Notes: generated by a model not told the origin, from the sequence alone. A DNA stretch of 64,000 bases from the human T2T-CHM13v2.0 reference genome, Homo sapiens (GCF_009914755.1 NC_060927.1), one strand, 5' to 3'; numbered from the stretch's first letter, positions 1-13,399 are shown. Made by a program: numbers and translations.

Positions 1-2454
1 ATGCCCTTGTCTTTTTTTTAATCTTTGTTGGTTTAAAGTCTGTTTTATCAGAGACTAGTATTGCAACCCCTACTTTTTTTTTGCTTTCCATTTACTTGGT
101 AAGTATTCTTCCATTCCTTTATTTTGAGCCTATTTTGAGCCTTTGAACCTTTGCACATGAGATGGGTCTCCTGAATACAGCACAACAATGGGTCTTGACT
201 CTTTATCCAATTTGCCAGTCTTTGTCTTTTAATTGGGGCCTTTAGCCCATTTACATTTAAGGTTAATATTGTTATGTGTGAATTTGATGCTGTCGTTATG
301 ATGCTAGCTGGTTATTTTGCCCATTAGTTGATGCAGTTTCTTCATAGTGTCAATGGTCTTTACAATTTGGCATGTTTATGCAGTGGCTGGTACCAGTTTT
401 TCCTTTCCATGTTTAGTGCTTCCTTCAGGAGCTCTTATAAGGCTGGCCTGGTGGTGATAAAATCTCTCAGCATTTGCTTGTCTGTAAAGGATTTCATTTC
501 TCCTTCACTTATGAAGCTTAGTTTGGCTGGATGTGAAATTCTGGGTTGAAAATTCTTTTAAGGATGTTGAATATTGGCCCCCACTCTCTTCTGGATTGTA
601 AGGTTTCTGCTGAGAGATCCGCTGTTAGTCTGATGGGCTTCCCTTTGTGGGTAACCCGACCTTTCTCTCTGGATGCTCTTAACATTTTTTCCTTCATTTC
701 AACCTTGGTCAATCTGGCAATTACGTGTCTTGGGGTTGGTCGTCTTGAGGAGTATCTTTGTGGTGTTCTCTGTATTTCCTGAATTTGAATGTGGCCTGTC
801 TTGCTAGGTTGGGGAAGTTCTCCTGGATAATATTCTGAAGAGTGTTTTCCAGCTTGGTTCCATTCACCCTGTCACTTTCAGGTACACCAATCAAACGTAG
901 ATTTGTTCTTCTCACATAGTCCCAGATTTCTTGGAGGCTTTGTTCGTTCCTTTTCACTCTTTTTCCTCTAATCTTGTCTTCATGCTCTATTTCATTAAGT
1001 TGATCTTCAATCTCTGATATCCTTTCTTCTGCTTGATTGATTCAGCTATTGATACTTGTGTACGCTTCAGGAAGTTCTTGTGCTGTGTTTTTCAGCTCCA
1101 TCAGGTCATTTATGTTCTTCTCCAAACTGGTTATTCTAGTTAGCAATTCATCTAACCTTTTTTCAAGGTTCTTAGTCTTCCTTGCATTGTGTTAGAACAT
1201 GCTCCTTTAGCTCGGAGGAGTCTGTTATTGCCCATCTTCTGAGGCCTACTTCTGTCAACTCATCAAACTCATTCTCCATCCAGTTTTGTTCCGTTGCTGG
1301 CAAGGAGTTGTGATCCTTTGAAAGAGAAGAGGCATTCTGGTTTTTGGAATTTTCAGCCTTTTTGCACTGGTTTTTTCCTCATCTTCGTGGATTTATCTAC
1401 CGTTGGTCTTTGATGTTCATGACCTTTGGATGGGCTTTCTGTGTGGATGTCCTTTTTGTTGATGTTGATGCTATTGCTTTGTTTGCTAGTTTTCCTTCTA
1501 ACAGTCAGGCCCCTCTGCTGCAGGTCTGCTGGAATTTGCTGGAGGTCCGCTCCAGACCCTGTTTGCCTGGGTATCACCAGTGGAGGCTGCAGAACAGCAA
1601 AGATTGCTGCCTGTTCCTTCCTCTGGAAGCTTCATCCCAGAGGGGCACTCACCAGATGCCAGCCGGAGGTCTCCTGCATGAGATGTCTGTCGACCCCTGC
1701 TGGGAGGTGTCTCCCAGTCAGGAGGCATGGGGGTCAGGGACCCAGTTGAGGAGGCAGTCTGTTCCTTAGCAAAGCTCAAGCACTGTGCTGGTAGATCTGC
1801 TGCTCTCTTCAGAGCCAGCAGGCAGGAAAGTTTAAATCTGCTGAAGCTGTGCCCACAGCTGTCCCTTCCCCCAGGTGATCTGTCCCAGGAAGATGGAAGT
1901 TTTATCTATAAGCCCCTGACTTGGTCTGCTGCCTTTCTTTCAGAGATGCCCTGCCCAGAGAGGAGGAATCTAGAGAGGAAGTCTGCTTACAGTGGCTTTT
2001 CTGAGCTGCAGTGGGCTCCGCCCAGTTTGAACATCCAGGTCACTTTGTTTACACTGTTAGGGGAAAACCACCTACTCAAGCCTCAGTAATGACGGATGCC
2101 CCTCCTGCCACCAGGCTTGAGCATCCCAGGTCAACTTCAGACTGCTGTGCTGGCAGCAAGAATTTCAAGCCAGTGGATTTTAGCTTGCTGGGCTCTGTCG
2201 GGGTGGGATCCACTGAACTAGACCACTTAGCCCCCTTTCCAGGGTAGTGAATGGTTCTCTCTCACTGATGTTCCAGGTGCCACTGGAGTATGGAAAAAAC
2301 CTCCTGCAGTTAGCTCGGTGTCTACCCAAAGGGCTGCCCAGTTTGTGCTTGAAACCCAGGGCCCTGGTGGCATAGGCACCCGAGGGAATCTCCTGGTCTG
2401 CAGGTTGAGAAGACCATGGGAAAAGCACAGTATCTGGGCCAGAGTGCACTGTCC
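1..2454 (-). mobile_element. L1PA (L1PA7/8-like): 5'UTR, disrupted ORF1 (~360-1382) and start of ORF2; continues beyond window start
   Basis: ORF fragments KRNEQSLQEIWDYV.. and KEKMLRASREKGRVTHKGKPIRLTADLSAETLQ are L1 ORF1p. The ORF2 start codon reads ACG (294-296). Frameshifts present. Confidence 0.95.
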
Positions 2455-3934
2455 AAGAGGAACTTTTTTTAAAGGCCACCAGTTACAAATTAGCAGATTT
2501 GAACACGGTAAGGTGTGAAACCACTTGGTCATAAAATCCATGGAAATTTCTCAGGTGTATAGCATGCTTTAGAAACATTTACCACCCTCGTGGACAATCC
2601 CTGCTTTGAACATGCCCTCCAAAGGTTAAGTGAAATAAATCCATGCAGAATTCATTCATTAAACATTTTCAAGTTTCTACTTTGCGTCAAGACCTAATGC
2701 TAAAAACAGCTCTCAAAAAGATAAATATTACTGCTGCTAACAGCTATCACTTTTGTAGCATTTACTATATCCACTTTACATACAATAATGCATTTAATCC
2801 TCATAAATGTATTAAAAGGTAGATGCTATTATTATCTTCATTTTATAGTTGAGGAGTTTCCACAGCTATTAAATAGCAGAACCAAGCTTGGAATACAGAG
2901 TCTGACTCCAGTGCCTGCAACATTAACTGTCACACTATACCACCTGGCAACACCTGTGAGAATCTATCTTCTCCATACTTAAGTAGAACACACACGAAAT
3001 TAACCTGTCCAGCATTTCCTGATGTCCTACCTCATACATGGCTCTAAGGCTAGGCATGGGATGAGAGACAATGAATCAGAGAGTGTCTTCTCTGCTCTCA
3101 GATAGCTATGTATCAACGAATAAAAAATGATGGTCTTGCTTTCATTTTTTAGTTCTTTAGACACAAGATATAACTAGAGTTTCCTGTGACCTATATGCCT
3201 TTTTCCCCAGGAAGGAGGTATTCTTAAATCAATATAGTAAAAACTGTCAGCAGCCTTTTCAACCTACTTTACAGCCTTTCCAGGGTCCATGGTTGATCAA
3301 CTCACCTTGGTGGCAATGATACCATGCACTTGGATTAAAGGTATAAATGGACAAGCATATTTAATATCATTACTTTCTTCCCAGTAGTCCCCATGCCCTT
3401 TTAACATTCCCCACATCCAGTACCAGTGGCTCAGACAGTAATTTCTGTTGCCAACTCCAGAGAGCAATAGAAATCTGTCCTGCACCACTTCCTACCCCAA
3501 AATAAAGTCCCTAGCCCCTCTGCCATGTCCTCCAGCATGACCATCTTGGAGTGGGAACATGCACAGCTCCTGGTGCATGCAAAGTGACAGGCTGTCTCCT
3601 TTCCACCTCATCAGCTCACCCAACAAAAATAAACTTCATTCTTTGGAATACTTCACCAAGGAGAATGCTAACTTTAAAAAAAAAATGTACCTAGCGAGAA
3701 AAATAAACACACTCCTCTGAAATTGCTCCCTAAAATAAATAGATTTCCTACACCTAGCATAAGCTATCCTTCTAGAATGGAATAAAAAAAATTCTTCCTG
3801 ATAAAAATACAATGATAAATATAGAGTTTTCCATGATATATTTTTCTTTGTCTCTTCTAGCAGTAAGATCCTTGCCTAATAACACATATTTCCTTCTTCT
3901 CAGATCTCTTAAACTCTTTTTGTCCAGTAGATTG

Positions 3935-4486
3935 ATGTAAAAGGTGGTAATTCATTGTGCCATATTTAAGATCGACACAAATTCTTCTATGCTTCTCTGA
4001 TGAAGACATGAGGTTTATACCCCCTTCCTTTGAATCTGAATGGGCTCTGTGAAAGTTTTCATTAATAGAATATGGCAGACATGACACTGTGCCCATTTAT
4101 CGCCCAGGCTTCATGAGATAACAGGTTCCAATTCCTGGCTCTGGAATGCTTGTTCTTGAATCTTGAGCCACTAACAAGAAGTACAGTCACCCTGCTGGAG
4201 AGACTCTGTGAGAGGCCCTAAGACTACACAGATCAGCAGAGGCACCCAGCTGAGCCCAGCATTCCAGCTGTCCTTGACAAGGTAGCAGAAATATGAGTAA
4301 AGCCATCTTGGACCCTTCGGACTAGCCCAGGTGTCAGCTGACTATCACCAAGCAACCCAGTCCCTGTGGAGAACCACCACCTAACCAGGTCTGCCAGAAT
4401 TCCCAATCTATAATCATGACGTATAATACAACATTAAGTCATGAAGTTTTGGAGTGGTTGCTTACATAGCAATGAAACACTGAACA
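3935..4486 (+). mobile_element. MLT1-family (MaLR) solo LTR
   Basis: Typical MLT1 motifs (aatagaatatggcaga, gccatcttggac) and 3' end ttttggagtggttgcttacatagcaat..gaaca. Confidence 0.7.
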
Positions 4487-4649
4487 CCAGCCCTTTCACA
4501 AAACCCCAGCCTTCATTCACATTGTATCTTACTCAGTTTCTTCTCTCACAAAGGATCCATTACTGAAAATTCATTCAACTTCAACAGCCCTCAACAGGTT
4601 CCTCTAATCACATGCCAGCCCCATTCTTCAGTCCTTCGAAGGATTTTTT

Positions 4650-4760
4650 TTCTTGCAGTTTTATTGAGGTATAATTGACAGTAAAACTGTATAAATTTGA
4701 GATGTACAACATGATGATTTGATAAAGGTACATATTGAGAAATGATTACCACAGTCAAGG
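4650..4760 (-). mobile_element. Old L1M 3'-end fragment
   Basis: ttttattgaggtataattgaca..gatgtacaacatgatgatttga..atgattaccacagtcaag. Confidence 0.65.
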
Positions 4761-4994
4761 TTTTTGGCTTGCCAGTTGCCATTTACCATTGAGTTGCAAA
4801 ATTGCCTCTTCTCCCATGAAACAACCAGAATCTATACCCTCCTCTTCCTCAAATACTACCTGACGCACAAAGCGCTCTTAAACCTTCAAATAAACGCAAC
4901 TCATTTATACTAAACACTCAGGGGTAGGTATCATACAACAGTAATATTGCCTAAGGTAGGGAATTGAGGACTCCAGGCATTGTTTCAGTTGCTC

Positions 4995-6340
4995 ATTTCT
5001 TTTCATTCATTCAACAATAACTACCAAGCATCCACAATGTACGCACCACTGTTCTCAGGACAAGGGACACAGCAGGTAAATAAAATATAGCCCCTATCCC
5101 CATGGAGTATATGTCTTAGTGAGGGACAAAACAGACAATAAGTAAAATAAAAACATGAAAATTTCAAATTACGGTATTTCTGGTTCCAGATCTTAGAGGA
5201 ATCACAATACTGTCTTCCACAATGGTTGAACTAATTTACACTCCCACCAACAGTGTAAAAGCATTCCTGTATCTCTGCAACCTCACCGGCATCCGTTTCT
5301 TTACTTTTCAATAATTGCCATTCTGACTGGTGTGAGATATTATCTCACTGCAGTTTTTGATTTGCACTTCTCTAATGATCAGTGATGTCAAGCTTTTTTT
5401 CATGTTTGTTAGCTGCAAGAATGCTTTCTTTTGAGAAGTGTTCGTGTCCTTTGCCCATTTTTAACAGGGTTTTTTTTTTTCTTGTATATTTATTTAAGTT
5501 CCTTGTAGATTCTGGGTATCAGACCTTTGACAGATGGACAGACTGCAAAAATTTTCTCTCACTCTGTAGGTTGCCTGTTCTCTCTGATGATAGTTTCTTT
5601 TTCTGTGCAGGAGCTTTTTAGTTTAAATAGATCCCATTTGTCAATTTTTGCTTTTGTAGCCATTGCTTTTGGTAATTTTGTCATGAAATCTTTGCCCATG
5701 CCTATGTACTGAATGGTACTGTGTAGACTGGGTATATGCTCAAGGGAATATAAATTATTCTATTACAAAGATATATGTACCCATATGTTCACTGCAGCAC
5801 TATTCACAATAGCAAAAACATGGAATCAACCCCAATGTCCACCAATGATAGACTGGATAAAGAAAATGTGGTATATATACACCATGGAATACTATGCAAC
5901 TATAAAAAGGAATGAGATCATGTCCTTTACAGGGACATGGATGGAGCTGGAAGCCATTATCCTCAGCAAACTGATGCAGGAACAGAAAACCAAACACATG
6001 TTCTCACTTATAAGTGGGAGCTAAACAATGAAATTACATGGACATAGGGAGGGGAACAACACACACTAGAACCTGTCGGGGGGTGCAGTGTAGGGAGGGA
6101 GAACATTAGGAAAAATAGCTAATGCATGCTGGACTTAATGCCTAGGTGATTGGTTGATAGGTGCAGCAAACCACCGTGGCACACATTTACCTATGCCTGC
6201 ACATGTACCCCAGAATTTAAAATAAAAATAATAAACATAAATTCAAATTATGCTACTATGAAGGACAGAGCATGGTGACCGTAGAAACTGGGTGAAAAGA
6301 GAGAGATATTTTAGCCAGGAAAGACCTCCCTAAGGAAAAT
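4995..6340 (-). mobile_element. L2 3' fragment, split by an L1PA insertion
   Basis: ttcattcattcaaca terminus and L2-like body that resumes after 6250. Confidence 0.55.
5173..6232 (+). mobile_element. 5'-inverted (twin-primed) truncated L1PA
   Basis: 5173-~5726 is antisense ORF2 3' region; ~5727-6232 is sense ORF2 end, 3'UTR and A tail. Degenerate TSD at 5151-5171 and 6233-6250. Confidence 0.88.
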
Positions 6341-6634
6341 AAAGTTTTTAAATACTTGCTAGGCAAATATTACCATCTCAAATCTATCAATATGCACACT
6401 CTCCCAGACATAGATTGCACAACTTGCCATTACCTGATAGCTAATAGGATTAGAAACTAGAATTTCAAAACTCATTGAAAGGTTATAGTAGGCGGGAAAG
6501 AATCAAAGGAAGACAAGACCAGAGGAGGAAACAAAATGGGAGAGAGATCAATGAGGCTGTATCCTGGGATGGTGGCACCAGCAATGTAGGGAAACGAACT
6601 GTGGAGACAATATTGAGATCAGATCTATAGGACA

Positions 6635-6810
6635 AGGGTGAGCAAAGGTTAGCTTGCCTCAGATGACCAGGAGGGCTCCTTAAAAGTACAGATTCCTGGA
6701 CTCCCACCAAGAGACTCTGACTCTATCTGTCTGGGTGGGAGCCCAGGAATATGTGTTTTAACAGCTCCGCAGTGATTCTGATGCAAGTGGCCAAAGACCA
6801 CACTTTAACA
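6635..6810. mobile_element. MER5-family hAT-Charlie MITE
   Basis: cagattcctggactcccacc..gggagcccaggaatatgtgttttaaca..gtgattctgatgca. Confidence 0.7.
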
Positions 6811-8649
6811 GTCCCTACCTGAAGTCTTAACAACTGATACGTGATGAAGATGAGAAGAAATGAAGAGTCCACACTGACTCTTGCATCTCAAGACTGACGG
6901 AGGCCAATACAGAAAGAAGGAGATCTGTAGGACCAAAGTTTGGAGAGAGAGGACTCTTTTGTGCCATGTAATGCTAGGAGGGACCATGCATCTAAAGGAG
7001 GAGTGGCTGACAGAATTAATGAGTTTGGAGGATAAACTGAGCCTGGGACTTTCTTCTCCCTCTCTGGGGCTTGCATTCCCAGAACATACTCGTATTTGGT
7101 CAGTTCTGAGCCAAGTGGGGCCTATTCCTGTGTGGAGGCCTGTGGCTGCCTAGCTCTGCCAGCAACTAGGTATAAAAGTCCACCAAATTCCAGAGAGAAG
7201 CATTAGCGAGGCTCCTTGGCTGCAAACCTAAAGGCAGCCTGTTTCAACAGTGCGTAAGGTGATATACTCACCTCCACCTGCCTGACTCCATGACTGTCTC
7301 AACCAACTCAGGGTATGGAGAACCCAGGGTAGGGGGTGTAATTTACCAGGCCTCCCAAAACCCCAGTTAAAACTTTTGAGTTGAATTGGCCAAGTTTAGC
7401 TTCAGCATAAAAGTCAATACACACCCATGATCAATTTCTTTTCCAATTTACTAGCCTTAAATCCTTAGTCATTGAAATTCACTAACAAAGTTCCCAAACA
7501 TTATTATGTCACCCTTATCTTAGCATTGTCACCTACTAAAAATAAAATAATACATAAATAAAGCAAACCAATGAGACTGAAATCCTGGGATCCTGTGAGC
7601 ACTGGAAAAAGAAAAAAGAAAAGAAAAAGAAAATCTACCTCATCTACCTCATCTCATATTCAAGATCAGACTAGTTAATCCTTTTGGATTTAAAATCTTA
7701 CATGTTTCCCAATAGTGTTCTGAAGTAATTCCTCCTTAATAAACTCTTCTCTCTTCTCAGGAAAACTGAGGGTTCTTAAACAAGAAATGCAAAGGTTCAA
7801 TTATGATTCACTTGAATCATTTGCAAGAACAGAGTAATAAAGTACAAAGCAATGATTCCTGAATAAGTAAATTATACTTTATGATGTCAGATAGATATAA
7901 ACTTAGAGTGTCACAATGTTTATATCTTTATTAGCTTTAATTACTATTATTATCTACTATAGAGTTAAGGAAAAAAAACTTTTTTTTCTCTGCTAGTATT
8001 CTAAAAATAAATCTTCAAGTGTTAATAGACATGAGTCAGTTGTGTTTTGAATATGGGAAAGTGTGACTCCGTAATATCTATCTTCCTTCCCTTACCTTCA
8101 AATCTATTTTAAGTAATATTTTAAATGCATGGTTTATCATTTTTGATTAATTTTCCCCGAAATGCCTACCTTTCCTCCTCTCTGCCTACTGGTAGAGACT
8201 TGTTCTTAAAACCCAGGCAAGTCCCATGTCTCTTTTGAAGAAGGTCTGGGAAGAAGGAGAGGATGGGTCTCTCCCTTCCCTGGGTCACTCTCTTTGCTAA
8301 TTCCTATCCTACTTCTCATTTATACAATACAGTTAGCACCCTTCTACATTTTCCTCCAGTGTCTTACCATCTGTTTTCCATAATATGCCCCCTTTATTAA
8401 TTATTCATTTCAATGTAATAAATATTTACTGATTGTCTGCTAGAGGCAAAGAAAGGCACAACAAGGTAGCTAAGGGCAGGTAAGAAGGCCCCAAGTTGGA
8501 GGCATTCTGGATCCTCCACTTACTATCTGTGTGACTTTTGGCTAGCTGTTCAACTGCTGTGTCTCAGTTGTTACTGTTATTATTATTGCTAAGCATATTC
8601 CTGGGCTCAGAGCATACAGAAATAAACAGGGCATGATGCCTGTCATATT

Positions 8650-9190
8650 TTCAAACTCATTCAGTGATTCAGCAAATATTTACTGAGCACCTATTATGTA
8701 TGAAGCACAGGGAATATAATTAGGAAAATCCTCTTTCAATGAGAAACTAATAAATGAAAATATAATTATTTTCATTGGAAAAATAAATGAAAATATAATA
8801 GGATGTCATATAATTATGATTTATATCAAGAATTATAAAGCAGGAGTATGGGAGAGTGACTTGGTGGAAGAGGAGACACCTAAAGAGATGACATTTACAT
8901 TTAAGCCAAGTTCTCAATGCAATGGAGGAATGACCATGAAAGAGGGCTCCAGGTGGAGGGAACACAGGCCTGAGACGAGAATGTTCTCTGACAGCAAGAA
9001 GGCTCGTGTGGCTGAAACAAGGTGAACAAGAAGAGAATGGCAGACGACATCAGGGATAGAGCCAGGACTCAGGCTGCACAGGGCCTTGGAGGTCATGAAA
9101 ATGACTACAGACTTTATTCTAAGGACTATGGGAGCCACTAGAGGATTGCAAGCAGGGGAGGTGACATGATCAGCTATGTGGAAAATGTTC
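8650..9190 (-). mobile_element. L2 fragment
   Basis: cattcag..caaatatttactgagcacctattatg and ttttaagcagggg-like body. Confidence 0.65.
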
Positions 9191-10489
9191 TAGATTCATA
9201 TACATTTTCACTAATGGTCAAAAGGCCGTGTGTTCACAGCTGCTCTTGTGAGTTATCTGAGCTCCTTTCTGGGCAAGCACCAAGTCTTAGGAGTCTTGAA
9301 ATGTCATACAGTTCCACAGAATAAAGAACAAATATATGGTTAAAGCCTTACCAATTGGATGAGTGGCCTTAGCCTCTCATTTGACTTGGTTTTGTTTTTG
9401 TTATTTTTTTTTTTTTAATCACCAAGCACCCTCTAATACATTCTTCTCTCTGGTTGTGTATTTTATTAGTTTTTTTAATTTGTTTGTTTCTTTACCTAAC
9501 CAATTTGCAAAGACAGTTGAACAGTAATTCTACCTTCACAGAGGTGTGCTTTCCAACAACCTTACGCTTCTGGAAAACAGACTTGAAAAACAGAAAAGAA
9601 ATATTTTACCGAGCTCTCCAAAAATCAATCACAACTTCCCAACACAAAGCCTCTATATTTCACTTGTACCTGTCTGGATACACAGCAGTTCACTCTTAGT
9701 TAACATATAATTCTAACACCCTTGGTTCCAAACCCATAGCAGAGTAAAAATCATAATAGGGGACAGTGGAACTCTTAGGGGCCAGAACAATGACAATGAT
9801 AAATAACAAATGACTGTATGAAAGCTAAGTAAGAAATAAAAAATGTAAGTCACAACAGAACTATGCTGGCTTATACAACTCAACTCAAAACTAAATGTTT
9901 CTAAACCAACACCAAAGAGTTCAATTATGTTCTGTATCTTCTAATTTACAAAAAAGAAAAAATACAATCTAGATTACTTCTATGCAAAGTGGTTAAAATC
10001 AGCAAAGTTTTGGTATATAGTAAGAACACCTTGATTTATTCTTGTACTTTATACATAATGGGAAGACAATTTGGTTTCAATAATGAAGCCAGATAAATTG
10101 CTAACATAGAACATATGTCAGGGAGTCAACTTTTCATTTAATTCCACAACAGTTATAAGAATGTACTTTCAAACATTCTGTATAATAGTAAAAATTTAGC
10201 AAACCCAAAATGCCCATCAAGAGAATAAGGGTTAAATGCACTACAGTACACACATACTATGGAAAAACAGCCGCTGCTGAAAAGAATGAAACTGATAAAC
10301 ATGTACTGACGTAGCGTTTGATCCCGAAGACAAACTGATAAGTAGGGGGGAGAAAAGTTGTAGAACAATATCTAGAGTAGACGTCATGTATCTTAAAAGA
10401 CAGAGACACTTCTATATATGTATATACGTGTATATAAATTCACTGAAAATGACTGAGTAGATAAACAGACACAGGTAAATGCCAACCCA

Positions 10490-10930
10490 ACATCCCTTCT
10501 CCCCATCTTCCCTGCAAGCAGAAACATGATTCATTCCAAAGTGGTCAAGTAACCCTGTTCTGACCACCGAATGCCGTCAGCTTTCACTGGGCGTGACTTC
10601 CACAAAGGTACCATTCTCCTGACAGAAAGAGCCAAGCTCACTGCCGTGTACCTGTTTTCCTTTGCCCTTTCCTGTCTTTCTTTCTGGAATGCAGACACGA
10701 TATTTAAAACTAAAGAGCTGTGTTCCCACCACAACAAAAGTCCCAAACTAAGATGGTGAGGCAGAAAAGAAGATTGAGTGTGGATCCTTAATATTTGTAC
10801 CAGTTCTGGACTACCCGTCCAGAGCTGGTACAACTACCCTCACCCAGACTCCGTGGTGTAAGGAAAAAACATGCTGATTTGGTTAAACTACTCAGTTGAT
10901 TCCATGCAGATGAACACAACCCTAACTGTT
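10490..10930 (+). mobile_element. Ancient MLT1-type LTR
   Basis: MLT1J/K-like composition and 3' end; diverged. Confidence 0.45.
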
Positions 10931-11354
10931 TAACAATCCAAACAGGGTAGTGGTTACCCCTGAGGAGAAAACTAGGTAGGAGCATGGCGGGAGAGGAAGA
11001 TTGAGAGGTCTAAGGCAACTTTATCTACTTTCCAAAATGTTTTAAAATAAGAATGCTTTATTATTTGTGTCATTTTTAAATTAATAAAGTAGGCATGCCA
11101 TTCTGAAATTCCACGTCTAAATGGCACAAAAGTGTAAGATAGGCACCACAGTTGCTTATACAACATTACTCTCCAAAGATTATATTCCCAAACGCTTTAC
11201 CTATTCCCTCTTAGGAAAGACTTCCAGAGTCTTTCAGTCTTCATCTTGGCCTGTATTTTTAACCCATTAGGCAGCCTCTTGGGGTAACTTCAGCAGGCTC
11301 CATAGGTACAACAACCTTCACGTGATCTTTAAATTAGCTCCATAATAGTGATAA

Positions 11355-11800
11355 TGAGGCAGGAACCTTGAGATAAAAAGCAGATATTACAGGTTCCACT
11401 TTCGCTTCTAGCACTAATGATTACATGGAAAGTCGCTCAACCCAAGTTATAGCTTCCACATTCATATGGAAGGAATAACAACAAGAATTATACCTCACTC
11501 CTACTCAGGGACATGCAGGTAGGAACCACAACACAGAAACAAAACCTACCGCTGGAGCAGCACTGTTGTATGGAGGGGAAGGATAAAGCTTTGGAAGAAA
11601 ATGGGTACACCTGGAATCCAAGCTCCACCATCTGCTGGCTGGGTGACCTTGAGTTACACACAGAATGGGTCTGAGCCTCAACATAAACATGACAGGATAA
11701 TAGAACAGACCTCCAGGATCAAGGATAAAGTCAAATGGGACAACACGCAGGGTAGAGGATTTGACCCAGTGCCTGTTAATAATACTAAAATAATAATTAC
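11355..11800 (+). mobile_element. Two tandem MIR fragments
   Basis: gggtgaccttgagt..tctgagcctca core and aataataattactatt tail. Confidence 0.5.
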
Positions 11801-13313
11801 TATTAAACTTGTCATGTTTAAAACACTTTTCTTGAATTAAATTTCCTGAGCATTCTTGTTATCCTTATATGTTCGAAATGTGGCAATCAGATTCCCTTTC
11901 AAAACAGCATTTAACGATTTCTCCCAATTTGTGCAAACTGCCAAACGTTGTCATGTAGGCTTTCTGAAAACATGCAGCTATCTGGGTGGCACAAATGTTA
12001 AATACTGCAGCATGTCTAAAGGACAATAGTTCCTCTTAATAAGGGACTATCATGGCCTGCTGATTTGCTAAGTACATTAAGCACACATGGAGCACTGCAA
12101 ACATAGAAAAACAATGCCTGTACCCTAGAGGATGGAGATAATTTGAAAAGAAGATAAACAGGAAATAATGTTAGGTGTTAGGTAATGAGGACCAATGGAT
12201 GGCAACTTTTGATCACCCAGAAAATGCTCTCAATTGCCATCAAAATGATTACAAATCATTGAAATTACAATCAGCTTTTTAAAACCATGAATACTTTACT
12301 AATTTATCATTATCTAAAGATACATGTAGAAATACATTGTGAAATGTAAATACATATACATATATTAAAGTGTTATTAATTTTCCTTGAATGTTACAAGT
12401 CCTGAGATGAAGACCACTCTGACATAGCACTGGCCATCACAAACATAATTTGTTCCAAAGTGTTCAAGACTGTTCCGACCAATGAATGTAAGATTTCACT
12501 GGACATGGCTTTAGCACTCAATAGCTTTGGAAACTAACATCATTCAAAACAAAAAAAAAACAAAAAGAAAAAAAAACAAAGAAAAGAAGAGGTGGGAGAG
12601 AGCCATATTACCTGAAGAAATACAACATATTAAGCTCTGATTCTAGTTCAGAGAGGTTGTAATGCCTAGAGCAGGCCAATTGACCTCCATCTCATCCCAT
12701 CATTCAATAATTTAAATCTGATTTCTGGTTCTCCATCTGCTTGTCAAACATCAAGTCTCCAGGGAGAGTGGCCCTGCTTTTCCTCCCCTCTGTGGACTGT
12801 CAGATGCCACTCACTTCAGCAATCAGTATGGCAGTGTCGCCATCTTTCCAGGTGGAGCCAGGGAGCCAGCACTTAAGTCATCTGATTCATCGCTTCTCCA
12901 CCTTTTGGCTAAGATCAAGTGAAGTCATGTGATTCACTCGTAAGAAAGAAGGCTCACTCATGAGCAAATGCATCGTGGAAATGCACGGCATCCTTTCTAC
13001 ATGCACCATCCCCTCAAGTCTCTCTGCTATGAAAAACATCAAGAACAGAATAGTATCCATCAGCTTACACAACTTCTCTTTTGTAGTTATTAATGCTGGA
13101 ACGCAGATTAATAACACAGTTAACGCAGTGTACCTCCTATTTTAATGAATGTCTATGTAAAGCAAAATGTTACTTGCTTTTCCCAATTGATGGGAAAAGG
13201 AAGAGAAATCATCACTTTACTTACCAATTTTCCTTTTTGACCAATTGAAAATTTTTTTTCAACCGAATATAAAAATATTTGACAGGTTAGCATGTACTAG
13301 GTACTATTCCAAG

Positions 13314-13316
<3 letters not shown>

Positions 13317-13353
<37 letters not shown>
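13317..13353. repeat. (TG)n microsatellite
   Basis: Directly visible, about 17 units. Confidence 0.98.
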
Positions 13354-13354
<1 letters not shown>

Positions 13355-13399
13355 TTTAAGGCGTATGCATTCACATAGATGCAAGTGGAATTCTACACA

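Noticed and set aside
328-1779. Multiple 64-141 aa ORFs on both strands
   Set aside because: Frameshifted L1 ORF1 pieces or their antisense frames; not genes.
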